A DNA stretch of 49,890 nucleotides, taken from the NCBI GenBank assembly GCA_035630655.1, contig DASQKG010000103.1, positions 1 to 49,890 on the forward strand, given 5' to 3'. Every line of letters starts with the position of its first letter. Positions within the stretch are counted from its first letter, which is position 1. This document shows, piece after piece, positions 1 through 8,784 of the stretch. The notes under the pieces are model-generated. The model searched no databases. It was not told the origin of the DNA and worked only from the letters and a program-made list of their open reading frames with translations. Made by a program: the position numbers and the translations under genes. The DNA is from Pyrinomonadaceae bacterium (lineage in GTDB: Bacteria; Acidobacteriota; Blastocatellia; Pyrinomonadales; Pyrinomonadaceae).

Positions 1-1055
1 GCGCTTTGCAAGTCGCCTTTGAGCAACTGCGCGATCGCCTGCAAACGGAAGGACTGTTTGCCGAGGAACTGAAACGTGCGCTGCCAGTTTTCCCTGGACG
101 CGTAGGCGTAGTCACGTCACCAACAGGAGCGGCGATTCGAGATATTCTCAACGTCATTTCGCGCCGCACCCGCACCGTACATGTTCTGTTCTCGCCGGCA
201 CGTGTCCAGGGTGAAGGCGCAGGACCTGATATCGCTCGTGCAATCCGCCTCATAAACCAGCATCACGAATTGGCCCGACGCGAAGGGCGATTGAAGGACC
301 TCGTTGATGTAATTATCGTCGGTCGCGGTGGTGGATCGACGGAAGACCTATGGGCCTTTAATCTGGAAGAGGTGGCGCGCGCGATACGAGCCTCAGCGAT
401 TCCCGTGATATCCGCAGTGGGCCATGAAACTGATTTTACCATCGCAGATTTTGTCGCTGATCGGCGAGCGCCGACGCCTTCAGCGGCCGCCGAACTCGTC
501 GCGGCGCGCGAAGATCAGATTTGCACAACGCTTCAACAAATGGCCCAGGGTCTTTCGCGTCAAATGCGTTATAGAATCGTCAACGCTCGGAATCGCGTTC
601 AGAAGCAGGCGCTGTCTCAAGCCTTCGGCCAGGTACGCGCCAGTTTGCGCGACGCTAGCGCCAACGCCAGTACCGCACGGCATCGGTTACAAATACTAAT
701 CGGTCAGGAATTACGCGGCGCGCGTTTGCGAGCCGAGCCTTTGATGAGCAGGTTGGCGCCCTCCGAGCTTCGTACTCGTTTCGATGCGGCGCGAGCGCGG
801 TTTGAATTGGCGCATAACAACTGCAACGCGGCGGTTGAGGGAGACATGGAGGAAGCGCGTAAACGATTGGGGCTCGCTGCGGCTTCGCTTGATGCTCTCT
901 CGCCCCTCGCTGTGCTGCAAAGAGGTTATGCGATCGCGCAGCGCCAGGATGGAACTTTGTTGCGTGATGCCAATTCGGTTGCCGTTGGCGACTCTGTCAG
1001 CGTAAGGTTGGCCAAAGGAAAACTAACTGCGAGCGTCGAAGAGATCGAAAACTGA
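1..1055 (+). CDS. xseA: Exodeoxyribonuclease VII large subunit (5' end cut by window edge)
   Basis: Frame is open to the window start. Motifs GRGGGSTEDLWAFN and AVGHETDFTIADFVADRRAPTPSAAAE are typical of the XseA catalytic core. xseB follows downstream. Confidence 0.9.
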   Translation, partial: ALQVAFEQLRDRLQTEGLFAEELKRALPVFPGRVGVVTSPTGAAIRDILNVISRRTRTVHVLFSPARVQGEGAGPDIARAIRLINQHHELARREGRLKDLVDVIIVGRGGGSTEDLWAFNLEEVARAIRASAIPVISAVGHETDFTIADFVADRRAPTPSAAAELVAAREDQICTTLQQMAQGLSRQMRYRIVNARNRVQKQALSQAFGQVRASLRDASANASTARHRLQILIGQELRGARLRAEPLMSRLAPSELRTRFDAARARFELAHNNCNAAVEGDMEEARKRLGLAAASLDALSPLAVLQRGYAIAQRQDGTLLRDANSVAVGDSVSVRLAKGKLTASVEEIEN

Positions 1056-1058
1056 AAT

Positions 1059-1223
1059 CGCGGCTCGGCCGCCCGATGTGCGGAAGGTCTGTGACCTTCC
1101 GACACCGTTCAGATTTCATGGGGCTATGCCCCTGGCGATCGTCAATGAGTCGGGCATAGCCCGGAAGAACAGCGGACTTACGGAAGGTCAAAGACCTTCC
1201 GCACATCTGGCGGCGAAGCCGCG
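1059..1223. repeat. Family A palindromic element, copy 1 (outer stem + four small hairpins)
   Basis: Outer stem cgcggctcggccgcc / ggcggcgaagccgcg. Hairpins cggaaggtc-tgt-gaccttccg (1081-1101), ggggc-tat-gcccc (1120-1132), cgggc-ata-gcccg (1151-1163) and cggaaggtc-aaa-gaccttccg (1181-1201). Lies between xseA and xseB. Confidence 0.9.
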
Positions 1224-1238
1224 TAGCTCGCAAAAGCA

Positions 1239-1526
1239 ATGAAAACCAACCACGAACAACCTCAGAGTTTTGAAGCGTCGCTCGAAGCGCTCGAACAAAT
1301 CGTGCAGGAATTGGAACGGGGCGATTTGCCGTTGGAGAAAAGCTTGGAGTTGTTTGAGCGAGGCATCGGGCTCTCTCGCCAGTGCCAGGATCGTCTGAAT
1401 CAGGCCGAACGACGGATCGAGATACTGCTGCGCGATAATCAGGGCCGGCCCGTGGTCAGCGCCTTCGAAGACGGTGGAAAACTTCGTGATGATAATGACG
1501 GCGAAGGCGATGAAAACCGTTTCTGA
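1239..1526 (+). CDS. xseB: Exodeoxyribonuclease VII small subunit
   Basis: 95 aa. FEASLEALEQIVQELERGDLPLEKSLELFERG matches the XseB helical-hairpin signature. Sits in the conserved xseB-ispA context. Confidence 0.9.
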   Translation: MKTNHEQPQSFEASLEALEQIVQELERGDLPLEKSLELFERGIGLSRQCQDRLNQAERRIEILLRDNQGRPVVSAFEDGGKLRDDNDGEGDENRF

Positions 1527-1527
1527 G

Positions 1528-2433
1528 ATGGTCACCACACTGCCTAACTCCGACCTGACGTCGTTCCTCCGCAAAACTCAAATACTCGTTGACTCTGAAC
1601 TTGATCGTTATCTACCGCCCGAGTCTGCTTCACCAAAACAAGTTCATGCGGCAATTCGCTGGAGTGTTTTTGCTGGTGGCAAACGCTTTCGGCCCTCACT
1701 TCTGCTCGCAGTCGGCGAGACGTTTGGAGCACCACAACAACAACTTCTCTCCTGCGCCTGCGCGCTGGAGATGATTCACACCTACTCGTTGATTCACGAC
1801 GATCTTCCTTCAATGGATGACGACGATTTGAGACGAGGGCGCGCGACCTGCCACATTCGATTTGGTGAAGCCGCAGCAATCCTGGCAGGAGATGCGCTAC
1901 AGACCCTGGCGTTCCAGACAGTGTCAGAAGACCAAGCGTTATCCGGCAAGAAACGTGTCCAACTGATTCAGGAAATCGCGCGGGCGTCAGGGACCCCGGA
2001 GGGCATGGTCGCAGGTCAGGCTTACGACCTCGAGGCGGAATCGCGAGAAGTGTCGGCGCAGGAGTTGGAACAGATTCACCGTTTGAAGACCGGCGCTCTA
2101 ATTATCGTCGCGGCCCGATGCGGGGCGTTGATCGCGGATGCTCGGGAAGATGAACTTTCAGTTATCACCGGCTATGCGGCGCAGCTCGGCTTGTTGTTCC
2201 AAATCACGGACGACTTGTTGGACATCACGGCCACGGCCGAAACGCTTGGTAAGACTCCGGGAAAAGATATGCGCTCGGCAAAGGCAACTTATCCGAACTT
2301 CTATGGAGTGGACTCTGCACGTGAATTCGCGGGACGCGTTCACCAACAGGCTCGCGAAACACTCGACCAACTAGATCGACCTACCGAACGGCTCCACGCA
2401 ATTGCTGACTACATCCTGAACCGCCCGGCATAA
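1528..2433 (+). CDS. ispA: Polyprenyl (farnesyl/geranylgeranyl) diphosphate synthase
   Basis: Both Asp-rich motifs are present: LIHDDLPSMDDDDLRRG and FQITDDLLD. ATG 1528 lies 2 nt after the xseB stop. The ORF track extends to 1474 and an alternative ATG exists at 1510. Confidence 0.88.
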   Translation: MVTTLPNSDLTSFLRKTQILVDSELDRYLPPESASPKQVHAAIRWSVFAGGKRFRPSLLLAVGETFGAPQQQLLSCACALEMIHTYSLIHDDLPSMDDDDLRRGRATCHIRFGEAAAILAGDALQTLAFQTVSEDQALSGKKRVQLIQEIARASGTPEGMVAGQAYDLEAESREVSAQELEQIHRLKTGALIIVAARCGALIADAREDELSVITGYAAQLGLLFQITDDLLDITATAETLGKTPGKDMRSAKATYPNFYGVDSAREFAGRVHQQARETLDQLDRPTERLHAIADYILNRPA

Positions 2434-2476
2434 ACCTTTGTCACCTCTCAGATTGAGCAAAAGTAGAACCTCTGGC

Positions 2477-2576
2477 TAGCTCTCAGGTAAGGAAGGAGGG
2501 CATGCCCCCGCTCTTCGTTGATTACCTAAGTTCTTGAAAGTGATGCAGCACCTTCAGCTACCTGTCAGAGTCACTA
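2477..2576. repeat. Family I hairpin element, short copy
   Basis: aggtaaggaaggagggcatgcccccgc matches aggtagggaaggtgggcttgcccccgc at 6080-6106. The 3' arm ccttcagctacctgtcagag pairs imperfectly with the 5' arm ctctcaggtaaggaagg. Confidence 0.75.
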
Positions 2577-2699
2577 AGCCCCGTGAGGATGAGCCACTTC
2601 TGATGAATCTTAACCGCATCAAATGGCGAAGCAGTTGATCAGGTGTTTTTGCGGCTTGCCGCCGCACCCTACCTCGAGAAGACACAACAAATCTTCTTA

Positions 2700-3494
2700 T
2701 CAATGAACAATCCCGGCCTTCTTCTGCATGGCCCTTACTGTTTCCGGTATGAACGATGTGATCTGGTGAGTTTCCTCGCGGCCGTCCGCAAAGGCTTGAT
2801 AGAGTGTGAAGTCAGGCAGCGAAAGACAACTAAGCGGCGACTGTATGTTATAGCCCGTATCTATCCCGATGGCACTGTGTGAAATGTAGATCCCGTGGCG
2901 GCCGAGTCTACCCAGGAGCGGAAGAAGTGGCGTAGGTGTGTGACCGAAGATGCACGGTTTGCCGCGATAGTTCTTATAAAACTCCATGTCGCGCATCCAC
3001 AGTAAAGCCTGCGGCGATGTCTCGCGCGGATGCTTTTCGAGTTCCAGTCCCGCGTGAACATAAATCGCGTAATCGTCTTCGTGGTAGTAGGCTAGTCCGT
3101 GCAGAAAATCCAAATGCTCCGGCGGCACACTGTTCTCAATCTCCCGACGCGCGTTCTCCAAATCCTGTTCTTTGGTTATCGTTAGAGCCTTTTTCGTATA
3201 TTGCTCAAATGTTCGCTCGCCACCGGTGACCGGAGTAATCCAAAGATTCGCGCTGCCTTCGATGAATTCCAGCATCATCTGTTCGTGATTACCGCGCAGG
3301 CAGACCACTCTTTCGGGATTCGCGGTGAACAGTTTCAGCGCGAGTGCCACACAACCAGGCGCGTCGGGTCCACGATCGATCAAGTCGCCCAAAAACACGA
3401 GCGTATCCCTCGACTCCTCACGCGGAATCAGTTCCAGCAATCGTTCGAGCTGAGCGCAACGGCCGTGAACATCGCCGACGACAAAGGTTTTCAT
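2700..3494 (-). CDS. PPP-family metallophosphoesterase (Ser/Thr protein phosphatase, PrpA/ApaH-like)
   Basis: All three PPP signature motifs are present: GDVHG, GDLIDRG and GNHE. The start codon overlaps the stop of the upstream kinase (ATGA at 3491-3494). Confidence 0.82.
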   Translation of the reverse strand: MKTFVVGDVHGRCAQLERLLELIPREESRDTLVFLGDLIDRGPDAPGCVALALKLFTANPERVVCLRGNHEQMMLEFIEGSANLWITPVTGGERTFEQYTKKALTITKEQDLENARREIENSVPPEHLDFLHGLAYYHEDDYAIYVHAGLELEKHPRETSPQALLWMRDMEFYKNYRGKPCIFGHTPTPLLPLLGRLGRHGIYISHSAIGIDTGYNIQSPLSCLSLPDFTLYQAFADGREETHQITSFIPETVRAMQKKAGIVH

Positions 3495-5962
3495 TCAGGG
3501 GTTTCCTCGCGTTTCTCTAGTGAGGTCTTGACCTTTTGCATCAATGCTTTAAAACGCGGATCGTCATGCAAGTCAGTCCAATTAGGATCGGATTCAAACC
3601 AAAGATAATTCTCGTTGCCAAGATTAATTGCCTTCTCCAACCATTCGAGCGCCAACACCTGCCGGCCTTGCATTAGATAAGCAGACGCCAGCCAGTAAGG
3701 TATATCATGATCCGATTCAGCGGCGACCTTCACCTTTTGCGTCAGCTGCTGGTTGGCCAATTCATGTTTGCCCTGCGCACTCAGACAGGTTGCCAGAATC
3801 GGTCTGATGCCGTCCATCCGTGGATGCCGGTCGAGCACCTGTTCCAGGATCCGAGTGGCCGCATCCACCTCACCACGGTAGTAAAGCACGCGCGCGCGAA
3901 ACGTTTGAATCAAAGGATGGTCAGGCTCCATCTCGGCCCCTTGATCGAGCTCAGCCAGGGCCTCCTCATAACGCTGCTGGTACATGAAGATGCGCGCGCG
4001 ATTATAACTGGCCACCACGCGTTCATTTGGGTTGAGCCGGACCATGCGGTCAAAACTGCGCAGCGCGCGTTCATATTCGGCATCCAGGCGAGCTACGACC
4101 CCGCGAACAAAGTGAACGCCAACATCATTGGGATACTCTTCGCGCAGCAACACAACTGCCTCACGCGCCTTTTGCTTTTCGCCGCGCGTGAGGTAAATGA
4201 AAATCATTTGCATGCGCGCCTCGAGCAATTTGGGATCGAGCGCCAATGCTTTACTAAATGCTTTTTCGGCTTTCTGATGATCGTCTGCTTCACCGAGCGC
4301 TTTCAGCACGCGGTTGACGTAGCAACTTCCCAACGCCGAATAGGCAAGGGCAAAATTGGGATCCAGGTCTACAGCCCGCTCGAAATGGTTTATTGCGGAA
4401 TCGAGATCCTCGCGACCGATCGTGTGATAGATAAACTGGCCCAGGCAGTTTCTTCCGCGCAGGTATTCTTCAGAGGCGGCGGCGTCAGTGGTGGAGCCTT
4501 TTGCGAGTTCCACTCTCTCGTCCGGACTGAGCTCAATCCGCAAGCCGTCAACGATGTGCTGAACGATCGTATCTTGAACCGCAATAATGTCGCTCGCGTC
4601 AGCATCAATGCGATCGCTCCAGAGGATCTCGCTGGTCCTCACGTCAAGCAGTTGCACCGTGACGCGTAAATGAGCACCCGCGCGCAGGAAGCTGGCCGTG
4701 AGGATCGCGTCTACCGCCAGCTCGCGGCCGACGTCTCCCGGATCAACCTGCTTGCCCTGATACCTCACGATTACCGACGACGGGCGCACCACCAGAGACC
4801 GCACCCGCGCCAGTTCGGTGATTACCGCGTCTGCCAATGAAAATTCGTAGAAGGCTGTTTCCGGGTCGTTGCTCAGGTTCTTGAAAGGCAGGATCGCGAT
4901 ACTTTTGCGGTCGCGATCTCCCAGCGTGGTCGGCGTCTCATGCGCGTCGCGCGGTTCCGACGAGCCCCGCATTCGCCCAGATGGGCTTGAGCTTTCACTT
5001 CCAGTGACGTTCCTCTTGAACCAACGCAGCGCACGCGTTACCGGACTTTCACTACTCAAATGCCGAGGCACAACCGGCAAGCCACTGTCATCTACTATCA
5101 CTCCGCCGGTTAGTCCAATTTCCCGCACTACTGCGCGCAGATCGTCGCGGAATTGAGAAACCTGTTGATATCGATCTCGCGGGTGCTTCTGCAGTGCGCG
5201 ATCGAGCACCTGTTGCAAACGCGGCGGCACTGGATCAGGTCTCGCCTCGCTGAGCGTCGGTGGCTCTTCGTGTAATACGGCGTGGCGAACGTCTACTGCG
5301 GTCTTGCCGCGAAACGGCCAGGTCCCGGTTAGCATTTCGTAAAGCAACACACCCGTGGAAAAGATATCGGCCCGTGAATCTACCCGATCGCCGCGGGCTT
5401 GTTCCGGAGCTGCGTAGGTGGCGGTGCCGTAAGGGATGCCGACTTCAGTCAACTCAGTGTGATGGATTCCGGAAGTGCGCGCCGCCTCATCGTCGAGAAG
5501 TTTTGCCAGGCCGAAGTCGAGTACTTTCGCCTGGCCTTTGCTGTTGACCATGACATTGCCGGCCTTGATGTCCCGATGAATGATTCCCTGCGCGTGTGCT
5601 GCTGCCAGCGCGTCCGTTACCTGAATGGCGATTGAAAGCGCGCTCTCGAGCTGTAGGGGCCTGCCGTTTACAAGTTGTCGCACGTTGCGCCCATCGATGT
5701 ACTGCATCGCTATGAAATGGACACCGTCGATAACGTTGAGATCAAAAATGGTGCAGATGTTCGGATGGTCCAAAGAAGAGGCGAGCCGGGCTTCGCGTTC
5801 GAAACGTTTGCGATTGGCTTCTTTGGCAACTAGTTCTTCAGGCAGGACTTTGATGACGACGGTGCGGCCCAACTTGGAATCAATTGCCTTATAGACCGTT
5901 CCCTGTCCGCCCGCACCGAGCTTCTCGAGAATCTTGTAATTCCCCAGCGTTGTTCCAACCAT
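3491..5962 (-). CDS. Ser/Thr protein kinase with central ILPF-type domain and C-terminal TPR repeats (no predicted TM segment)
   Basis: Hanks motifs are present: GAGGQGTVYKA, VVIKVL, HRDIKAGN, DFGLAK and APE. The middle region reads KSIAILPFKNLSNDPE. The last ~330 aa are TPR-like. Confidence 0.9.
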   Translation of the reverse strand: MVGTTLGNYKILEKLGAGGQGTVYKAIDSKLGRTVVIKVLPEELVAKEANRKRFEREARLASSLDHPNICTIFDLNVIDGVHFIAMQYIDGRNVRQLVNGRPLQLESALSIAIQVTDALAAAHAQGIIHRDIKAGNVMVNSKGQAKVLDFGLAKLLDDEAARTSGIHHTELTEVGIPYGTATYAAPEQARGDRVDSRADIFSTGVLLYEMLTGTWPFRGKTAVDVRHAVLHEEPPTLSEARPDPVPPRLQQVLDRALQKHPRDRYQQVSQFRDDLRAVVREIGLTGGVIVDDSGLPVVPRHLSSESPVTRALRWFKRNVTGSESSSPSGRMRGSSEPRDAHETPTTLGDRDRKSIAILPFKNLSNDPETAFYEFSLADAVITELARVRSLVVRPSSVIVRYQGKQVDPGDVGRELAVDAILTASFLRAGAHLRVTVQLLDVRTSEILWSDRIDADASDIIAVQDTIVQHIVDGLRIELSPDERVELAKGSTTDAAASEEYLRGRNCLGQFIYHTIGREDLDSAINHFERAVDLDPNFALAYSALGSCYVNRVLKALGEADDHQKAEKAFSKALALDPKLLEARMQMIFIYLTRGEKQKAREAVVLLREEYPNDVGVHFVRGVVARLDAEYERALRSFDRMVRLNPNERVVASYNRARIFMYQQRYEEALAELDQGAEMEPDHPLIQTFRARVLYYRGEVDAATRILEQVLDRHPRMDGIRPILATCLSAQGKHELANQQLTQKVKVAAESDHDIPYWLASAYLMQGRQVLALEWLEKAINLGNENYLWFESDPNWTDLHDDPRFKALMQKVKTSLEKREETPE

Positions 5963-6069
5963 TTGCTTTGTCTTGCTTTCACCCTATTTAACTCCCAACC
6001 CTCGCTTCACCGCAACCGGACAGGCTTAGTCCAAAGGTCCAAGGTCCAAGGTTCAAATGAATCAACTGT

Positions 6070-6201
6070 GAATAGTTAGAGGTAGGGAAGGTGGGCTTGC
6101 CCCCGCGCAAGTTCGTGCTATTTGACGAGCGGGGGTAAAGCGGGGTCCCCGGCGGGCCAGCCCCGCTGGTGCAAGTCCACCCTTCCAACATCTAACTATT
6201 C
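6070..6201. repeat. Family I element, long copy (three-way-junction-like fold)
   Basis: Outer stem gaatagttagaggtagggaaggtgggcttgc / gcaagtccacccttccaacatctaactattc. Inner hairpins cccccgc...gcggggg and gcgggg...ccccgc. Confidence 0.85.
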
Positions 6202-6229
6202 CTCGACCCCTCCGATATCCAAAGTCAGG

Positions 6230-6311
6230 GCGCGAAGTTTAAGTTCAACCTTCAGGTTTGCTTTTCGCCGGCCTACGCAAGCTAAAGCTGGATGAACTCT
6301 AAACCTCGCGC
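6230..6311. repeat. Family E element, copy 1
   Basis: gtttaagttcaacctt...cgcaagctaaagctggatgaactctaaac is closed by gcgcga/tcgcgc. It shares the gcaagctaaagct and actctaaac blocks with the copies at 11036 and 38010. Confidence 0.8.
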
Positions 6312-6404
6312 TTTGACCTTTGGACTTGGACTTTGGACATTGGACTTTAGACTATCCCGTAGTATCTTTTGCACACTGGCTGCGTCGTCTCCCCTACCCT
6401 AACG

Positions 6405-8183
6405 ATGAAGATGAAATCACTCTCACGAGCCTTATTGTCTTTTCTGGCGTTGCTGCTTGTTTATACGGCCGCGGCAGCTCAGGTTGGCGACAAAGAGAAA
6501 GCCAAAAAAGAAGCGGAACGGAAGCAGGAACTCAAACGCAAGAGTTACGTCCTGGTTGATGAAATTGCCACTGGGGCCTTGAGTCTCAAGCTGCCGGAGA
6601 ATCGTGCGTTTGTTTTGACCGAGTCGGCAGACCTGTTGTGGGACCACGATGAGGAGCGCGCCCGCAATCTTTTCCGGGATGCCAACAACGTCCTCGCATT
6701 GATTACGCCTCCGGCCACGAGTGATCAGGAAAAGCAGCATCTCAGCGCGTTTCTTGCGGGCTTTGGATCCAGACGCGATCTGATACTTAAAGTCGCCCGT
6801 CGCGATCCGGAGTTGGCATTGGATCTATTGCGCTCATTTCAACAGCCGCCACCTGAGCTGCTCGGCTCCAATTATCTACCGAACCTGGAACAGGAGATCG
6901 CTGCCGAAGCTGCCGCTCGCGATCCTAAGCGCGCCATCCAGATAGCTCGAGAGAGTTTGGGTAAGGGCCTTACCTTCTCCGTATTCAATCTTCTAATGCG
7001 CTTACATGATCTCGATACCGAACTGAGCTCCAGGTTTGCCGGTGAGCTTATCGACAAACTTCAAACAAGGAACATCGCGACAGACATCGTTGCGTCGCGC
7101 CTTGCGACGGAACTCCTAATCTCCAGCCGGACTCCAACCGAGTCTCCTGAAGACAAGACGACGTATCGAGGCGAAGCCAGCCCCCTGAAGCTGAGCCGCG
7201 AACAACGGCGTCAACTGGTTGAAATGATCGCGAACTCAGCGCTCGGACTGTCAGCGAACAAGAACAACAACCTTCTTTACTCAATTACTGAGCTGATGCC
7301 GGAGATTGAAGAGTTTGCGCCTGAACGTTCTGCGTTGCTGCAGAAGAAGGTCGCAGTTTTCAATGAGACACTAACTAAGGAACAGAAAGGTTGGCAGCTG
7401 CACAATTCTCTGGTTCGTAATGGAACTCCTGAGGAACTGTTGGCGGCATCCCAGGATATTGATAGTGAGCAGCGTCGTTGGACGCAACAGCAAGCGATCG
7501 TATTGGCTGTCATGCGCAAGCGGGCGGACGCATTGCGCGAATATGTTAATGCTGAGATCAAAGACGACTCGGTGCGAAAAAGTTTAATTGACACACTCGA
7601 CACCGAGCAGATCAATTCGGCAATTAACAAGGGTAACGCTGACGAACTGCGCAAACTGCTTCCAGTGGTTCGGCTAAAAGAGGAACGGGCTCGGGCGATG
7701 GCCGAGATGGCGTTGCTGCTCGAGAAGAAGGGCGAACACGACGAAGCGTTGAAGCTGCTGGACGAGGCGCAGACTTTAATCAAGAGTGATTTCAGCAGTG
7801 ACACACAAACTAATGCGTTGCTCGCACTAGTCTGCGCCTACGCTTTGGTTGAACCAGCCAGGGCCTTCGCAATTATGGAAGGCGCTATTGACCGGGCGAA
7901 CGACCGCATATCCAAACTCATTTTGCTCGACAAGGTGGTGAGAACCGGCACAGTCAAAAAAGGCGAGGTTATCTTACAAAACTCGGGCGGCATCTCTATG
8001 GAATTCGTGATGCTCAAGTACGGAAAAAGTGTTTCAATTCTTGCCAAGACAGATTTCGATCGCACCAAAGGACTAGTTGATCGTTTGGGCCGTAATGAAC
8101 TGCGGATGATGGCGAGGTTGATGCTGGCGCACTCGTTGCTCCGAGAAGACAAACTAATGCGGATGACTGGAGACGCTAGATGA
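6405..8183 (+). CDS. Hypothetical secreted alpha-helical repeat protein
   Basis: ATG 6405 gives MKMKSLSRALLSFLALLLVYTAAAAQ, which is signal-peptide-like. The long ORF is helix-rich and I recognise no family. The ORF track starts at an upstream TTG (6369). Confidence 0.6.
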   Translation: MKMKSLSRALLSFLALLLVYTAAAAQVGDKEKAKKEAERKQELKRKSYVLVDEIATGALSLKLPENRAFVLTESADLLWDHDEERARNLFRDANNVLALITPPATSDQEKQHLSAFLAGFGSRRDLILKVARRDPELALDLLRSFQQPPPELLGSNYLPNLEQEIAAEAAARDPKRAIQIARESLGKGLTFSVFNLLMRLHDLDTELSSRFAGELIDKLQTRNIATDIVASRLATELLISSRTPTESPEDKTTYRGEASPLKLSREQRRQLVEMIANSALGLSANKNNNLLYSITELMPEIEEFAPERSALLQKKVAVFNETLTKEQKGWQLHNSLVRNGTPEELLAASQDIDSEQRRWTQQQAIVLAVMRKRADALREYVNAEIKDDSVRKSLIDTLDTEQINSAINKGNADELRKLLPVVRLKEERARAMAEMALLLEKKGEHDEALKLLDEAQTLIKSDFSSDTQTNALLALVCAYALVEPARAFAIMEGAIDRANDRISKLILLDKVVRTGTVKKGEVILQNSGGISMEFVMLKYGKSVSILAKTDFDRTKGLVDRLGRNELRMMARLMLAHSLLREDKLMRMTGDAR

Positions 8184-8626
8184 GCAAGGTCCTTACCTGG
8201 AGTTTGTCTCTGGTGTTACTGGGAACCGCCGTATTGATGACGGCGACTAGATTGTCCTACGCGTCGGGAAATTCACCTCAGACGAACAGTTCGGTGCAGG
8301 AGTTCTGGAACAAGTTTCGGGCGGCCGTCATTAAAGGAGACAAGGCTTCAGTTACCGCCCTCACGCGATTTCCGGTTGAGATGCCCTATGGCATGGCATC
8401 AGTTAAAAACAGAACGCAACTGATCAGCCGTTATCGCAAAGTTTTTAAGGGCCAGACTGACGCCGCGAAATGTTTCCGGACCGCTAAACCTCAGAGCGAC
8501 CCAGATAACGCAAAATTGTTTAGCGTCGCATGTAAGAACGCCGCCGGTCACGAGGTGATCATTTACTCATTTGCCCGCACCGCAAATGGATGGAAGTTTG
8601 TCGGGCTCGATAACCTCAATGAGTAG
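8180..8626 (+). CDS. Hypothetical secreted protein
   Basis: ATGA overlap with the upstream gene suggests translational coupling. The N-terminus is hydrophobic and signal-like (LSLVLLGTAVLMTA). No recognised domain. Confidence 0.6.
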   Translation: MSKVLTWSLSLVLLGTAVLMTATRLSYASGNSPQTNSSVQEFWNKFRAAVIKGDKASVTALTRFPVEMPYGMASVKNRTQLISRYRKVFKGQTDAAKCFRTAKPQSDPDNAKLFSVACKNAAGHEVIIYSFARTANGWKFVGLDNLNE

Positions 8627-8657
8627 CTACTCGGTTCTGTAATCCTTTATTTTCACG

Positions 8658-8687
8658 TTGACATCCGCCGCCCGGCTTGGCTATTTT
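8658..8687 (+). promoter_or_regulatory. Candidate sigma70-type promoter
   Basis: ttgaca, then 18 nt, then tatttt. It lies ~98 nt upstream of ATG 8785. Confidence 0.3.
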
Positions 8688-8784
8688 GCTACTAGCCCGA
8701 CTGCATCACTTCAGAAGTAGTTTCGGTCTCTTGCCGCCAGTTTTCTCTCACAGTTTCCTAATCAAAACCTTCGAGGAATTAACC

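Larger units (their letters stand above)
6028..6348. repeat. Composite nested repeat: inverted arrays of GTCCAAG heptamers enclosing a family I and a family E element
   Basis: Left array agtccaaaggtccaaggtccaaggttcaaa (6028-6057). Right array tttgacctttggacttggactttggacattggacttt (6312-6348) is its imperfect reverse complement. Confidence 0.85.

Noticed and set aside
2643-2670. gcggc-ttgcc-gccgc hairpin as an intrinsic terminator in the ispA / phosphatase convergent gap
   Set aside because: The T-run precedes the hairpin on the plus strand, and an A-run follows it on the minus strand. Neither orientation gives the hairpin-then-U-tract arrangement.
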